DNA from: Bacteriovoracia bacterium
GTDB taxonomy: Bacteria > Bdellovibrionota > Bacteriovoracia > Bacteriovoracales > Bacteriovoracaceae
Assembly (NCBI GenBank): GCA_046570105.1
Contig: JBKHVI010000004.1
Location: 43,591 to 107,590 of the forward strand
Reading direction: 5' to 3'
Length of the DNA: 64,000 bases
How positions within the stretch are numbered: position 1 is the stretch's first letter; each line of letters begins with the position of its first letter. Both the position numbers and the translations under genes were made by a program. Below, piece by piece: positions 30,187 through 41,172 of the stretch. The notes below the pieces were generated by a model. That model ran no database searches and was not told the origin of the DNA. It was given only the letters and a program-made list of their open reading frames with translations.

Positions 30187-32190
30187 ATGGAGTCAAGTCT
30201 AGAACTAACCCGCGAGATCATGTGGAATATCCCGACTTGGATGAAAATTGCCATGTATGGAATGTTGGCCGTCGCCACTGGAGTATTCCTTAAAGGCCTG
30301 CACGAAAAATATGTTTTTGTGACTCAAGGTAAATCTTTTAAAGAACTTCTTCCGAAAGAACTTAACTTTGCCAATTTGCTTAAAACGATTTTCTTTCAAG
30401 GTAAAGTCACTCGCTCACCGCTGGTAGCGGTTTATCACACACTCATTTTCTGGGGCTTTATCACTCTCCTGATTGCCACTGAATTTGTGGCGGTACACGC
30501 CGACACTCCTTTTAAAATTTTTAAAGGCCCTGTTTATCAAATCGTCTCTCTCATTGCTGATATCGGTGGGCTTGCCGTTCTTCTTGGTATCGCTGTCGCG
30601 TTCTGGCGTCGCTATATCAAAAAGCCAGACTACTTAAGCGCTACTAAGCCCAAACAAGAACTGTTCATGTACGCCATGCTGGTTGTTCTAATTGTGATTG
30701 GCTATGTGCTTGAAGGTATCCGTCTACATGGAACAGGAATGCCTATCGATGAAAAAATCTGGTCACCCATTGGCTGGATGGTGGCTTCATGCATTCACAG
30801 TGTTGGATTAACTGATGATACATGGGCAAACATCTATCGTGGAACTTGGTTCTTCCATATGGCGAACACCATGTTCTTTGTCGCCGTTATCCCTTACACC
30901 AAGTTCTTTCACATTGTAGCCATTCCAATTTCAGCAATCATTACACCGGCCCGTCGTGGCGGCGTTATGAATCCGATGGATTTTAACAATGAGAATGCTG
31001 AAACGTTTGGACTAGGTAAGACAAGTGAGCTAACGGTCAAAGAGCGCTTCGATACTCTCGCATGTGTTGAGTGTGGTCGTTGTACCCAAGTTTGTCCGGC
31101 TAACCTTGCTGACAAACCACTTAATCCAAAAACCATCGTCACCAAGATGCGCGACACTCTCTTGGCCAACCCTGGTCAGGACGTTAATCTTTGGGAAAAT
31201 CCCCTCTATGCCTCGAATGAACTTGATTCATGTACGACCTGTGGAGCGTGCATGGAAGAGTGTCCTTCAAATATTGAGCACGTGCAGATCATTATGGATC
31301 TCAAACGCTATAAAGCTCTCACTCTCGGTGATCTTCCACCTGCCGCTGCAGATGCGACTAACAAAGTGAAGAAGAACGGGAACCCTTGGGGTATCGCTCA
31401 AGAAGACCGCTTTAACTGGGCGCAGGGTCTTGATGTTCCCGTGATTGAAGCTGGTAAAAAAGTTGATTTCTTGTACTACGTTGGTTGTGCTGGCTCTTAT
31501 GATGGCTCTAACCAAAAAGTTGTAAAAGATACTGTCGCCCTCCTTAAGAAGGCCGGCGTGAGTTTCGCTGTTATGGGTAAAACAGAGAAATGTAATGGTG
31601 ATCCAGTACGTCGCTTTGGTGATGAATACTCATTCTATGAAATCGCCATTGAAAACATCGCCAACATGAGACAGTACGAATTTGGTAAAGTAGTGACACA
31701 TTGCCCGCATTGCTTGCACACGATTGGCAAAGAATACGCCAAATTCGATGACGGAGCCTTTGAGACAGTTCACCATACGGAACTGCTGGCCGAACTCCTG
31801 CGCAGCGGGAAACTAAAGCCGGAAAAAGCGATAAACGAAGAAATGACTTTCCATGATCCGTGTTATTTGGGTCGCCACCATGGAGAATACGACGCTCCTC
31901 GTGACGTTTTGACTAGTATTCCTGGTTTAAAGCTCAAAGAAATGGAAAAAAACAAAGATAAGGCCCAGTGCTGTGGAATGGGCGGTGGAAATATGTGGTA
32001 CGAACTTCCAGAAGGTCACCACATGGCGGAAAATCGCTTAGAGCAAATCGGTGAAGTATCATCGACGAAACTTGCCACTTCATGCTCGTATTGTATGATT
32101 AACTTCAACTCCTCTAAGGGCACGGTAAAAACCACGGAGAACCTGCAAGTTGAAGACGTGGCCTCACTACTCGCTAAATCAGTTTTATAA
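30187..32190 (+). CDS. Membrane-bound Fe-S oxidoreductase (FadF/HdrD-like, CCG domains)
   Basis: N-terminal TM domain, two CxxCxxCxxxCP ferredoxin motifs, HDPCYLGR and CCGMGGG. Confidence 0.92.
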   Translation: MESSLELTREIMWNIPTWMKIAMYGMLAVATGVFLKGLHEKYVFVTQGKSFKELLPKELNFANLLKTIFFQGKVTRSPLVAVYHTLIFWGFITLLIATEFVAVHADTPFKIFKGPVYQIVSLIADIGGLAVLLGIAVAFWRRYIKKPDYLSATKPKQELFMYAMLVVLIVIGYVLEGIRLHGTGMPIDEKIWSPIGWMVASCIHSVGLTDDTWANIYRGTWFFHMANTMFFVAVIPYTKFFHIVAIPISAIITPARRGGVMNPMDFNNENAETFGLGKTSELTVKERFDTLACVECGRCTQVCPANLADKPLNPKTIVTKMRDTLLANPGQDVNLWENPLYASNELDSCTTCGACMEECPSNIEHVQIIMDLKRYKALTLGDLPPAAADATNKVKKNGNPWGIAQEDRFNWAQGLDVPVIEAGKKVDFLYYVGCAGSYDGSNQKVVKDTVALLKKAGVSFAVMGKTEKCNGDPVRRFGDEYSFYEIAIENIANMRQYEFGKVVTHCPHCLHTIGKEYAKFDDGAFETVHHTELLAELLRSGKLKPEKAINEEMTFHDPCYLGRHHGEYDAPRDVLTSIPGLKLKEMEKNKDKAQCCGMGGGNMWYELPEGHHMAENRLEQIGEVSSTKLATSCSYCMINFNSSKGTVKTTENLQVEDVASLLAKSVL

Positions 32191-34099
32191 GTTCCTTCTT
32201 GGGATGGTACTCGTCGTACCATCCCTTTTTGCCCAAACTCCGCTAGCCACTCCAAGCTCAACCAAGTATCCCGGTGTTTTCGAAAGTTTCGAAAAGATGA
32301 TTCAGTTTGATGAAACACGCTTTGATGCCAAGGCGAAAGAGCTGAGTGATGCGAACAAAACATTAACTGAACTCAAAGATGTAAATTCAGTCGATATTGA
32401 TCCTGATTTTATGAATTCTTTGATTCTGAACTCTCCTACCGGTTATCTCAGATTAGCTGGACGGGATCGCTGTGCTTTCTACGACACCATGATTACTGAT
32501 CTTTTGCGTACAAAAGAAGGAAAGATTGAGCGCGTTTTCATTCAGTATCAGGATCAAGAAGGTCAGAATATTTCTGCCTCAGTAACGAAAAAAGATTTTC
32601 TCGATCGTATTGTTTATCAGACTTGTCCCAAAACTCGTGAAACCATTGCTCAGTTTCAAATTAAGGTCATTGATTCAACGATCAAGGCGACTAATTTTGA
32701 AATTCCCAGCAATCGTGAGCAATGTGAATTCATTTTCAATTCTTGGTCGGATGATCCCAAGACTCCCTACTGGTGCCAAATCCATGAACTGCTTGATGAA
32801 ACATCTCAGTGGGCCAAAAATCCCTCTCTCCGTAATCCTAAACTAAAAGCTCAACAAGATAATCGCATGGCGATTGCCCGAATTTTACGAAAGAAGATGA
32901 CTGATACTCAGCAGGACTACATTCGTAATTTTTGTTCTCATGCCAACAACTCAAAACTCTTTTGCGATGAATTCTTTAGCACTAACTTTTTTGCCAAAGT
33001 ACTAGATGGGTCTAAGTCAGATATTTATGTCAAAGATATTTGTCAGAATGCTTTGAACAAAACAGTTTGGTCTCCTGCAGTTCTTAAAGAATGTGTGCGA
33101 AAACTTAAAGACGATCAAGATGCCTGTATGTGGGGTGATTTTGAAACCACTGGACTTTCTCCACGACCACGCTGTGACCATCTATCGCTCGCACTTAATT
33201 ATTCAGGCCTAGAGGCCAACTACCAAGATTGTCCGCGCTATTCAGATCATCAGGGTGTAACAAATATTTCGCGTCTTCTTCGTCATCTCGATAAACCACC
33301 GGTCTTACCTTACACCGGATTCTGTTCATCTATTGTGGCCGGGACTGTTTTTGAATTCAATCGCCGCTACGGTAATGAGGATCAATGGAAAGCGGCTGTT
33401 TGCTATATGGATCGCGTGGAAGAAAAGGAACGATGCCTTCCTGTCTTCTACGGTGACTACGGTAGCTCGGCTGCCTCACTCACTAAAGTCGTTGCAGAAG
33501 TTCTCTATCGCACCAAAGGTGCTTCCAAAGACGTCACATGTAAGATTGTTCGCCAGAGTATCTGGAACCCCAACTTGTTGGAGTATCGCTACGGCTGTCA
33601 CATTCTTTTTGATGAAAACAACTGTGGTCTAGGCCAATGTGCCCACAAAGTTGTTTATAATGAAAAAGAAATCAAAGGACTCAAGGTTCGCGAAGGTCTT
33701 TCGATGGACTACTTCCCTACTAATTTGACGAATGAAAAATATAGTCAGACCTATATACTACAAAAAGATGCCCTCAAGAAGATGAAGAGCATTCAAACAC
33801 TGACTTCGCTTAAGGCATTCTTCAAAGAGAATACGAGCGGAGTGCTGCACGGTATAGGTTGTGCCGAAGATCTTTTGCCTACCTTCTTTAAGAAGAGAAA
33901 TTTTAATCAGTGCTCACCACTCCCTTTTACCGTGGATGGAGTTATTGCTGAAGGTGATCGTGTGGTGCTTGTCACTCGCTCTGCTGCCGATAGTTTACAT
34001 GCACCTCGCTTGATTTCGTGGAGTCTAATATATTCTGCTGTTCGTACTTATCAGCATCATCACCCCATCAAACAATGGACGTTGAATGCGATATATTAA
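32150..34099 (+). CDS. Hypothetical secreted Cys-rich protein
   Basis: 649 aa ORF with signal-like N-terminus (LFA/Q) and 20 Cys. Start uncertain. Confidence 0.8.
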   Translation: MKTWPHYSLNQFYKFLLGMVLVVPSLFAQTPLATPSSTKYPGVFESFEKMIQFDETRFDAKAKELSDANKTLTELKDVNSVDIDPDFMNSLILNSPTGYLRLAGRDRCAFYDTMITDLLRTKEGKIERVFIQYQDQEGQNISASVTKKDFLDRIVYQTCPKTRETIAQFQIKVIDSTIKATNFEIPSNREQCEFIFNSWSDDPKTPYWCQIHELLDETSQWAKNPSLRNPKLKAQQDNRMAIARILRKKMTDTQQDYIRNFCSHANNSKLFCDEFFSTNFFAKVLDGSKSDIYVKDICQNALNKTVWSPAVLKECVRKLKDDQDACMWGDFETTGLSPRPRCDHLSLALNYSGLEANYQDCPRYSDHQGVTNISRLLRHLDKPPVLPYTGFCSSIVAGTVFEFNRRYGNEDQWKAAVCYMDRVEEKERCLPVFYGDYGSSAASLTKVVAEVLYRTKGASKDVTCKIVRQSIWNPNLLEYRYGCHILFDENNCGLGQCAHKVVYNEKEIKGLKVREGLSMDYFPTNLTNEKYSQTYILQKDALKKMKSIQTLTSLKAFFKENTSGVLHGIGCAEDLLPTFFKKRNFNQCSPLPFTVDGVIAEGDRVVLVTRSAADSLHAPRLISWSLIYSAVRTYQHHHPIKQWTLNAIY

Positions 34100-35159
34100 A
34101 TGCCTTATAATTTTTAGTTTAATTACAATTCCGGCCTATGCCCGCATTGAGTTGCCACGTTTTGCAGCTAAGCAGGCGCTAGAAAACATTAGGTTTGTTT
34201 CTCAAGATGGCCGCTTTACTTATACCCAGAAGCGCTCTGGCGCCTTAACACTTTCCACCAGCTTCAAAAGTAATGATGTCATTGAAAGTTCCCCTGGTTC
34301 CAATTATTACGTGACAGCTTCGAGCGCACGAAAAAAAATGCTCATCGAAATTGAAACGGCTTGGCATCAAACCCTCGACCTTACCAAGTTAAATGACATT
34401 CACGTGGGAACCTTTAATGGAACTCAATTTGCACTTATTGGAAAAGGCCGTGCTCCCCGACTTCACCTCGATGATGAATGGGCGACATGGTACGACCCTA
34501 AAGAGAAAGTCATTCACGTACACTTTTTAAAGTCTTCTGAAAGGCATCACGTCATTCGCTTAGGAAAAAAACACAATCCGTTCTATACGCCCGACGTGAT
34601 TATGCTTAATCCTGAGACTGTGCTTTATACCGATATCAACGACAAAGGGTTCGCTGCACTATTGGCGTGGAATCTCGTGGAGAAAAGACTCACTGTTATC
34701 CGCAAGGCTGAGCAAAATGGAACTCGCATGGAGTTGTGTCGCCGAGGCAACTATGCCGCTCTTGGCGAATTCTCTTATGATGATGCCAACAGAGGAACAC
34801 ATGTCCAAGTGATGGCATGGAAAAATAATCCCAGTCTGGCCGGTTTTACTACGCTTTATCGTGTTTCGGACAACGATATTGGAAATATGATCTGTACGGA
34901 TGGAAAAATCTGGTTCGTGAAAACTATGTCAGAAGATCGCAAACTTAATACTAAAGTTACCGAAGCCGTTACTTTGGAATTGGCGACCGGCAAAATCACA
35001 CAGAAAAGTGAACTCGAACGTGTTACCCAGCTTATTGAAATGGATGGCCGAGTACTCATACCATTTAGGGAAGAAACATTTGTCCTAGAAGGTAATCCTG
35101 GTAGCAAAGCGGACATCCTCAAACAGCCAGATCGCACACCCATAAAGGCATCTCCATGA
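34086..35159 (+). CDS. Hypothetical secreted beta-propeller (TolB-like) protein
   Basis: Signal peptide AYA/R; repeated short beta strands (SQDGRF, PRLHLDDEWATWY). Confidence 0.7.
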   Translation: MRYIKCLIIFSLITIPAYARIELPRFAAKQALENIRFVSQDGRFTYTQKRSGALTLSTSFKSNDVIESSPGSNYYVTASSARKKMLIEIETAWHQTLDLTKLNDIHVGTFNGTQFALIGKGRAPRLHLDDEWATWYDPKEKVIHVHFLKSSERHHVIRLGKKHNPFYTPDVIMLNPETVLYTDINDKGFAALLAWNLVEKRLTVIRKAEQNGTRMELCRRGNYAALGEFSYDDANRGTHVQVMAWKNNPSLAGFTTLYRVSDNDIGNMICTDGKIWFVKTMSEDRKLNTKVTEAVTLELATGKITQKSELERVTQLIEMDGRVLIPFREETFVLEGNPGSKADILKQPDRTPIKASP

Positions 35160-36070
35160 AGTGCCTCTTTCTCATACTTTTTAGTTTTAGCTTTTCGGTG
35201 CATGCCTTTAACAAGGATTTTAATCTTGTTAATGACCGTGCTCCACTTGAATTCCGTTTGCTGTTTGAAAGTATGAAGTACTCCCTCAAGGAGCTGAATG
35301 AACAAGTCCGACTCATTGTTCTCGCTCAACATATTAACAAAGGTCTTGGTCCCTTAAAAAAAGATCAATCGTTCTTCCTACTGAAATCGGAAGTCTACAA
35401 GTCTCTCCTTGAATGGCCACATCCTCCAACTCAGTTTCAAGTTGGTAGCCACACACTTGAACGCATAAAGACTAATATCAACGCTAGCAAAGCGATCTAC
35501 ACCCCTTTCTCTCAATGGGTACTTGAAGCACTCATGGCCGATCTGGAAGAATTTCAAAAAGAAGGCCTCTTAGATCTTCCTCCTGCGCAAAAAAGTATGC
35601 TCAATGGAGAGAAGAGTCAGCGTTATCTAAAAATGCAACGAGTGCTTAAATATACTCGTGGATGGCTTGAGCAGGCCGACACTATGTCGGCCAAGGACTT
35701 CAATAAATTGACTGAAGAACTTTCTTGGAAAACGCTCGAACGAGTCAAAGAGCGCTCCTCTCTCTTCCGACGTTTTTCCTCTAAAGCAGTGCAGGATAGC
35801 AATCAAAATACCTTCAATATTCCTGAGCAGGGAATGCCACAAATGAATCAGGGCAAACCGGCCCCTCCTGCTACAACAGTAGACCCGGCCATGAAGGGCA
35901 TATCTGAGAAAGCAGCCGAAGAAAAAGCAGAAGCTAGTTCGAGTGTGGAAAATCTTGAGGTTGATTCTGCTGCTGTGCCTGCTCAAGAACTGTCAGAGGC
36001 CATTGATAAAATTGAGGAGCCGGGCACTGCAGAAACTCCTGCCGTTCAGGTCGAAGAAGAGCTGAAGTAA
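35156..36070 (+). CDS. Hypothetical secreted helical protein with acidic low-complexity tail
   Basis: Signal peptide VHA/F; ATGA overlap with the upstream gene. Confidence 0.75.
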   Translation: MKCLFLILFSFSFSVHAFNKDFNLVNDRAPLEFRLLFESMKYSLKELNEQVRLIVLAQHINKGLGPLKKDQSFFLLKSEVYKSLLEWPHPPTQFQVGSHTLERIKTNINASKAIYTPFSQWVLEALMADLEEFQKEGLLDLPPAQKSMLNGEKSQRYLKMQRVLKYTRGWLEQADTMSAKDFNKLTEELSWKTLERVKERSSLFRRFSSKAVQDSNQNTFNIPEQGMPQMNQGKPAPPATTVDPAMKGISEKAAEEKAEASSSVENLEVDSAAVPAQELSEAIDKIEEPGTAETPAVQVEEELK

Positions 36071-36157
36071 TCATAGGCTTTGCGCGTCAATTCTGGCGCG
36101 TTTGCGCTCTCTGAGTTATCATCCTGACTGGTCTCGAACTCCCTCGAAAGGTTCTCC

Positions 36158-37468
36158 ATGGCACTCTCAAAACTCCCTTATAAAGGAACGCGTGATTTTT
36201 TCCCGCCAGACATGCGGCAGAGAAATTTCTTGTTTCAAAAAATGCGTGAGATCGCAGAGCTACATAGTTTTGAAAATTATGACGGACCGATGGTGGAAGA
36301 AGTTGAGCTCTATCTAGCAAAATCCGGCGAAGAGCTTATCAATGAACAAATTTATTCGTTTATCGATCGTGGAGAGCGCAAAGTAGCTATTCGCCCAGAG
36401 ATGACTCCAACTGTTGCGCGAATGGTGGCACAAATTCATAAAGAGCAGAGTAAACCTTTGCGTTGGTTCTCGATCCCCAATCTCATGCGCTATGAAAAAC
36501 CACAGAAGGGACGCTTAAGAGAACACTGGCAATTCAACTGCGATATTTTCGGTGCTCCTGAAGGCTTGGGTGAAATCGAAATCCTGCAAGTCGCTACAGG
36601 CCTCTTAAAAAGTTTTGGTGCCACTCACGAGCACTTTGAAGTGCTCTTAAATGATCGTCGCGTGGTTGATGCAGTCTTTAAACAACTTCTACGGCTTACA
36701 GATGATCAGTCACACAAACTCTATAAGGTTATTGATAAGTCTAAAAAAGTCACAGCCGAAGCGCTTGATAAAATGATGAGTGAAATCATCACACAAGAAT
36801 CAGTGAAGGCGCACTTTAAAGAATACTTGAAACTCGATTCAATCATGAGTCTTCAAAGCTTCCTCGAACGCCACGGACTCAAAGACGCCGCTCAAGGATT
36901 TTTAAAATTTGCTGAGCGTTTGCCGGCCGCCGGTTTGTCGAAGTATATCGTCTATGACCCAACGATTGTTCGAGGGCTAGATTATTACACTGGTGTAGTT
37001 TTTGAAATCTTTGACAAGAGCCCGGATAATCGCCGTGCCATCTGTGGCGGTGGTGCTTTTGCGAACCTCCTGCAGATTTTCAACGAAGAACCCCTCGCAG
37101 GTGTCGGTTTTGGATTAGGCGATGTAACTTTGGCGGATTTCCTCCAAACTCATGGATTCTTGCCTAAGTTTGAGAAACCAGAAATCGATCTTTTAATCGC
37201 CTACCTTGATGCCGACGCCGAAAATGCTGCCTTTGAACTGGCACGAGCTGTGCGAGCGAAAGGTGTCAAAACAGAGCTGTACTTAGGTGATGCAAAACCA
37301 AAAAAAATCTTCACTCATACTGATCGCCGCGGTCATCGCGCTGTCATTATGATTGGATCAAATGAAATTCAAACCGGTGAAGTAGAAATCAAGCGCCTTA
37401 AAGATCAAGAAAAAGCGCGCATCAAGATGGATCGCCCGGAAGATATCCAACGTTTCTTGGAGCTATAG
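36158..37468 (+). CDS. hisS: Histidine--tRNA ligase
   Basis: KGTRDF, RPEMTP, RYEKPQKGRLREHWQ, RGLDYYTG. Confidence 0.98.
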   Translation: MALSKLPYKGTRDFFPPDMRQRNFLFQKMREIAELHSFENYDGPMVEEVELYLAKSGEELINEQIYSFIDRGERKVAIRPEMTPTVARMVAQIHKEQSKPLRWFSIPNLMRYEKPQKGRLREHWQFNCDIFGAPEGLGEIEILQVATGLLKSFGATHEHFEVLLNDRRVVDAVFKQLLRLTDDQSHKLYKVIDKSKKVTAEALDKMMSEIITQESVKAHFKEYLKLDSIMSLQSFLERHGLKDAAQGFLKFAERLPAAGLSKYIVYDPTIVRGLDYYTGVVFEIFDKSPDNRRAICGGGAFANLLQIFNEEPLAGVGFGLGDVTLADFLQTHGFLPKFEKPEIDLLIAYLDADAENAAFELARAVRAKGVKTELYLGDAKPKKIFTHTDRRGHRAVIMIGSNEIQTGEVEIKRLKDQEKARIKMDRPEDIQRFLEL

Positions 37469-37470
37469 TT

Positions 37471-40122
37471 ATGGAAAACCTTATTGATAAAACCTTTGAC
37501 CCCAAAGCCGCCGAAGATAAGTGGTATAACGTGTGGGAGAAAGAGGGCTGCTTTAAACCCAAGAAAGGCAAAGCTGGCAAAACATTTAGCTTGATTATGC
37601 CACCACCTAACGTGACGGGTAAGTTGCATATGGGACATGCTCTCGATGCGACGACACAAGATGCTCTCATTCGCTTCAAGCGAATGAAGGGTTTTGAAAC
37701 CTTGTGGATTCCAGGAACAGACCATGCCGGTATCGCCACTCAGTCAGTCGTAGAGAAACTTATTCAAAAAGAAGAAAAAAAGAATCGGCACGAGATTGGC
37801 CGTGAAGAATTCTTAAAAAGAATTTGGGAATGGAAAGAACAGTACGGCTCAGAGATTGTTCAACAGCAAAAGAAGATGGGTGTCTCATGTGATTGGGACT
37901 ACTCCACTTTCACCATGGACGAAGTACCCAACAAAGCTGTCCGTAAATTCTTTGTCCATATGTATAACGAAGGATTGATTTATCAATCCGACTATATCGT
38001 TAACTGGGATCCAAAACTTCAGTCAGCTATTTCTGATGCGGAAGTGGAACACAAAGAAGTGAAAGGCTTCTTCTATCATCTGCTTTATAAAGTGAAGGAT
38101 TCTGACGTTGTTCTTGAAGTTGCGACCACTCGTCCGGAAACAATCTTTGCAGATACTGCAGTCGCTGTTCATCCAGACGATGATCGCTTTAAGCATTTGA
38201 TCGGCAAGACGGCGATTATCCCGATTTGTAATCGTGAAGTTCCGATTATCGGAGATGAACATGTTGATATGGAAAAAGGCACTGGTTGTCTCAAAGTAAC
38301 TCCAGGTCATGACTTCAACGACTTTGAAATTGGCAAACGCCACGGTCTTCCCATTATTAATATCCTCAATACTAACGGCACTTTTAATAACGGTGCTCCA
38401 GAGATTGAAGGACTTAAGGTCAAAGACGCTCGTGAAAAAGTAGAAGCAATCCTCAACGAGCTAGAACTCTTAAAAGAGAAGAAGCCTCATGTTCATCAAG
38501 TCGGTCACGGAGAGCGCAGTGATGCTGTAATTGAACCTCTTGTTTCAAAACAATGGTTTTTAAATGTTCGCAAGATGGCGGAAGACGCAGTCTCAGCAGT
38601 AGAAAAAGGCAAAATGACTTTCCATCCGAAAGGATGGGAGAACACCTACTTCTCTTGGCTACGCGATCCAAAAGATTGGTGTATTTCTCGTCAGTTGTGG
38701 TGGGGCCATCAGATCCCGGTGTTTAACTGTTTAGGCTGTGGCCATCAATGGGCCAGTGAAACTGATCCCAATGAATGTCCTCAGTGTCGTGCCACAAACC
38801 TAAAGCAGGATGCGGACGTTCTTGATACTTGGTTTAGCTCTGGACTCTGGCCTTTATCAACACTTGGCTGGCCTGATGAAAAAGTGATGGCCGAGAAGCG
38901 CTTCAATGACTTTTACCCAACGGCCACATTGGTCACTGGCTTTGATATTATTTTCTTCTGGGTGGCACGCATGATGATGATGTGCCAAGAGATGACAGGT
39001 AAGGCGCCCTTTGAACATGTTTATATTCACGCGATTGTTCGTGATAAACAGGGCCGCAAAATGTCGAAGTCGCTCGGCAACGGCATTGATCCACTCGATA
39101 TGATCGCTCAGTATGGCGCAGATGCCATGAGATTCACTCTTGCTGCTGGCTCTGGATACAACAGAAATTTAAATCTCGACCCTGAACGCATCGAGGGTTA
39201 TCGCAACTTTATGAACAAGCTGTGGAACGCTTTCCGTTTCATGCAGCCTCATCTTGAACTTGCTGACGAGAAGCTTCCACCGAAGGAACAATGGCATTTG
39301 CATGATCGCTGGATTTTGGCGGAACTCAATACTGTTGCCAAGCGTATGAACGAAGCGATCGAAGAGTATCGTTTTGATGATGCCAGCTCAGCAATTTATC
39401 AATTCGTTTATGAGAAATTCTGCTCATGGTATATCGAGCTTTCAAAAAATATCCTTAACGGTACGAACGAAGCAGCGAAACGTCAGCGCGCCACTATTTT
39501 AAAATATGGCTTCCGTCAGATCATGAAGCTCTTGCATCCGATCACGCCTTACATCACGGAAGAGCTATGGTCTCATTTGGGAAGCAAGACTCTCTTGGCG
39601 ACGGAGTCTTACACAGAGTTTGATGCTCACTTAAGTGATGATCGTGTTGCCGACCTTATGAATCGTTTCATCGAAGTGGTAACAGGGATTCGTAATATCC
39701 GTCAGAGCATGAATATTAAACCTAAAGATGAAGTCGATATTCGTTTGTTCACTGATGACCAGAAGTTCGCCAAATTCATGTACGACTCTCGCCACTTCTT
39801 AGGCGATTTGGCGGCGGTAAAGTCGGGAACTATTCGTGACAAAAAATCTGACCGACCAAAAAAGTCTGTTTCTATGGCGACCACTCATACTGAGATTTGG
39901 TTACCCCTTGAAGGCCTGGTCGATATCGCTGAACAGGTAAAACGTGTTCAAAAAGATATTGAGAAGACCCAGGGTGATTATCAGCGAGTTGAGGCCAAAC
40001 TTTCTAACAGCACGTTTGTGGATAATGCACCCGAGGATGTCGTGGCCGACGTTAAAGAAAAGGCGCGTCAATTCCAAGAAAAGCTCCAGTCGCTGCAAAA
40101 CATGCTCGGACAATTTCAATGA
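37471..40122 (+). CDS. valS: Valine--tRNA ligase
   Basis: PPPNVTGKLHMGH, DHAGIATQ, WCISRQLWWGH, KMSKS; C-terminal coiled coil. Confidence 0.98.
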   Translation: MENLIDKTFDPKAAEDKWYNVWEKEGCFKPKKGKAGKTFSLIMPPPNVTGKLHMGHALDATTQDALIRFKRMKGFETLWIPGTDHAGIATQSVVEKLIQKEEKKNRHEIGREEFLKRIWEWKEQYGSEIVQQQKKMGVSCDWDYSTFTMDEVPNKAVRKFFVHMYNEGLIYQSDYIVNWDPKLQSAISDAEVEHKEVKGFFYHLLYKVKDSDVVLEVATTRPETIFADTAVAVHPDDDRFKHLIGKTAIIPICNREVPIIGDEHVDMEKGTGCLKVTPGHDFNDFEIGKRHGLPIINILNTNGTFNNGAPEIEGLKVKDAREKVEAILNELELLKEKKPHVHQVGHGERSDAVIEPLVSKQWFLNVRKMAEDAVSAVEKGKMTFHPKGWENTYFSWLRDPKDWCISRQLWWGHQIPVFNCLGCGHQWASETDPNECPQCRATNLKQDADVLDTWFSSGLWPLSTLGWPDEKVMAEKRFNDFYPTATLVTGFDIIFFWVARMMMMCQEMTGKAPFEHVYIHAIVRDKQGRKMSKSLGNGIDPLDMIAQYGADAMRFTLAAGSGYNRNLNLDPERIEGYRNFMNKLWNAFRFMQPHLELADEKLPPKEQWHLHDRWILAELNTVAKRMNEAIEEYRFDDASSAIYQFVYEKFCSWYIELSKNILNGTNEAAKRQRATILKYGFRQIMKLLHPITPYITEELWSHLGSKTLLATESYTEFDAHLSDDRVADLMNRFIEVVTGIRNIRQSMNIKPKDEVDIRLFTDDQKFAKFMYDSRHFLGDLAAVKSGTIRDKKSDRPKKSVSMATTHTEIWLPLEGLVDIAEQVKRVQKDIEKTQGDYQRVEAKLSNSTFVDNAPEDVVADVKEKARQFQEKLQSLQNMLGQFQ

Positions 40123-40125
40123 TAC

Positions 40126-40153
40126 GGGGGGCCAAGCGCCCCCTAGTCTTTTT
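40126..40153 (+). terminator. Putative terminator after valS
   Basis: GGGGGC-CAAGC-GCCCCC followed by TAGTCTTTTT. Confidence 0.6.
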
Positions 40154-40178
40154 CAAAAGACCCGATTAACCTAGAAGC

Positions 40179-40565
40179 ATGAGAGTTTTCTTACTCATCG
40201 CAATGTTTCTATCGGCAAGCTCTGCTTTTGCGCAGCTTCGTTGCGTTGATAAGTTGCTACCAATCCCCAGACCTTCTGCTTCACATCAACTCGCTTCTGG
40301 TGAGTGGACTCCAGCGCCAGGCGATGTACTAACGATTGAAGGTGCTGAACAAGCGCTTAAATCATTGGTGTTCACTAAACTCTTGTGCCGCGAAAACGAA
40401 ATTGAATTTGCCGTTCGCCCGATTTGCACAACCCTTGATCCAACGGATCCAAACTCGCACACTTGCTTTGCTCCATCGAGTCTCGGACACTTTATTATCA
40501 CGCAAGACAACGCCAAGAACGCCAATCTGATTTTTCATAAAATGAGACGTCAGCGTCGCGAGTAA
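40179..40565 (+). CDS. Hypothetical secreted protein
   Basis: Signal peptide AFA/Q; 4 Cys. Confidence 0.75.
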   Translation: MRVFLLIAMFLSASSAFAQLRCVDKLLPIPRPSASHQLASGEWTPAPGDVLTIEGAEQALKSLVFTKLLCRENEIEFAVRPICTTLDPTDPNSHTCFAPSSLGHFIITQDNAKNANLIFHKMRRQRRE

Positions 40566-41172
40566 TTTTCTTCAGAACCCATCCTGCTGGTGAATCCAAA
40601 AAATTAATTTCGCTCATTTTTCTTAGAATCACCGTTATTTTCTTCTCTTGCGCCAACATTCTTAAATCTTTAACCACCCCTAACGATGAGTATCCGTCGA
40701 CATATGCCCTTTTCAATCCTCTATGCTTTTGTTCGTTAAATAAGACGTAATGAACCGCATTTCGGGTTTCTCTTATGGAACGAAGTACATGCAAATGATA
40801 GCGCTCCAGTTGCACTCGTCCCTTACCTAGTCCCTTAGCGATAGTTACTGTCAAGGAGCGCATGCCTCTTGTTAGGATGGCGTTGTCCTGAGCCTCAAGG
40901 ATCAAATGGATGTGATTACTTTGCAGCGAGAAGTGGATCACTCTGAGTCCCATCTTACGGGCATTGAGAATCGCCCTTTTCAAAAGACTAAGGCCCCTCT
41001 TGTGGCGAATGGTTGTGCAGTATTTGAAATTTACATGCATGGCATGTCTCATTTGAACTTTTTCCCGCACTCGATGAGCGACACCTTTGGAATGAATACG
41101 CTTTCGACCAGCTCCGGGTCTTCTGCCGCCACGTGATCCTTTGTAAATATTGAGATTGAGTTGTTTTGCCAT
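40498..41172 (-). mobile_element. Y1/HUH tyrosine transposase (IS200/IS605 TnpA or RAYT-like), solitary
   Basis: HFSLQSNHIHLILEA (HUH motif), ERYH, YVLFN (catalytic Tyr), N-terminal RGGRRPGAGRK; GGAGG RBS before ATG 41172. Confidence 0.85.

Noticed and set aside
36071..36157. T-box or attenuator upstream of hisS
   Set aside because: The region is too short and has no T-box motif or His-rich leader peptide.
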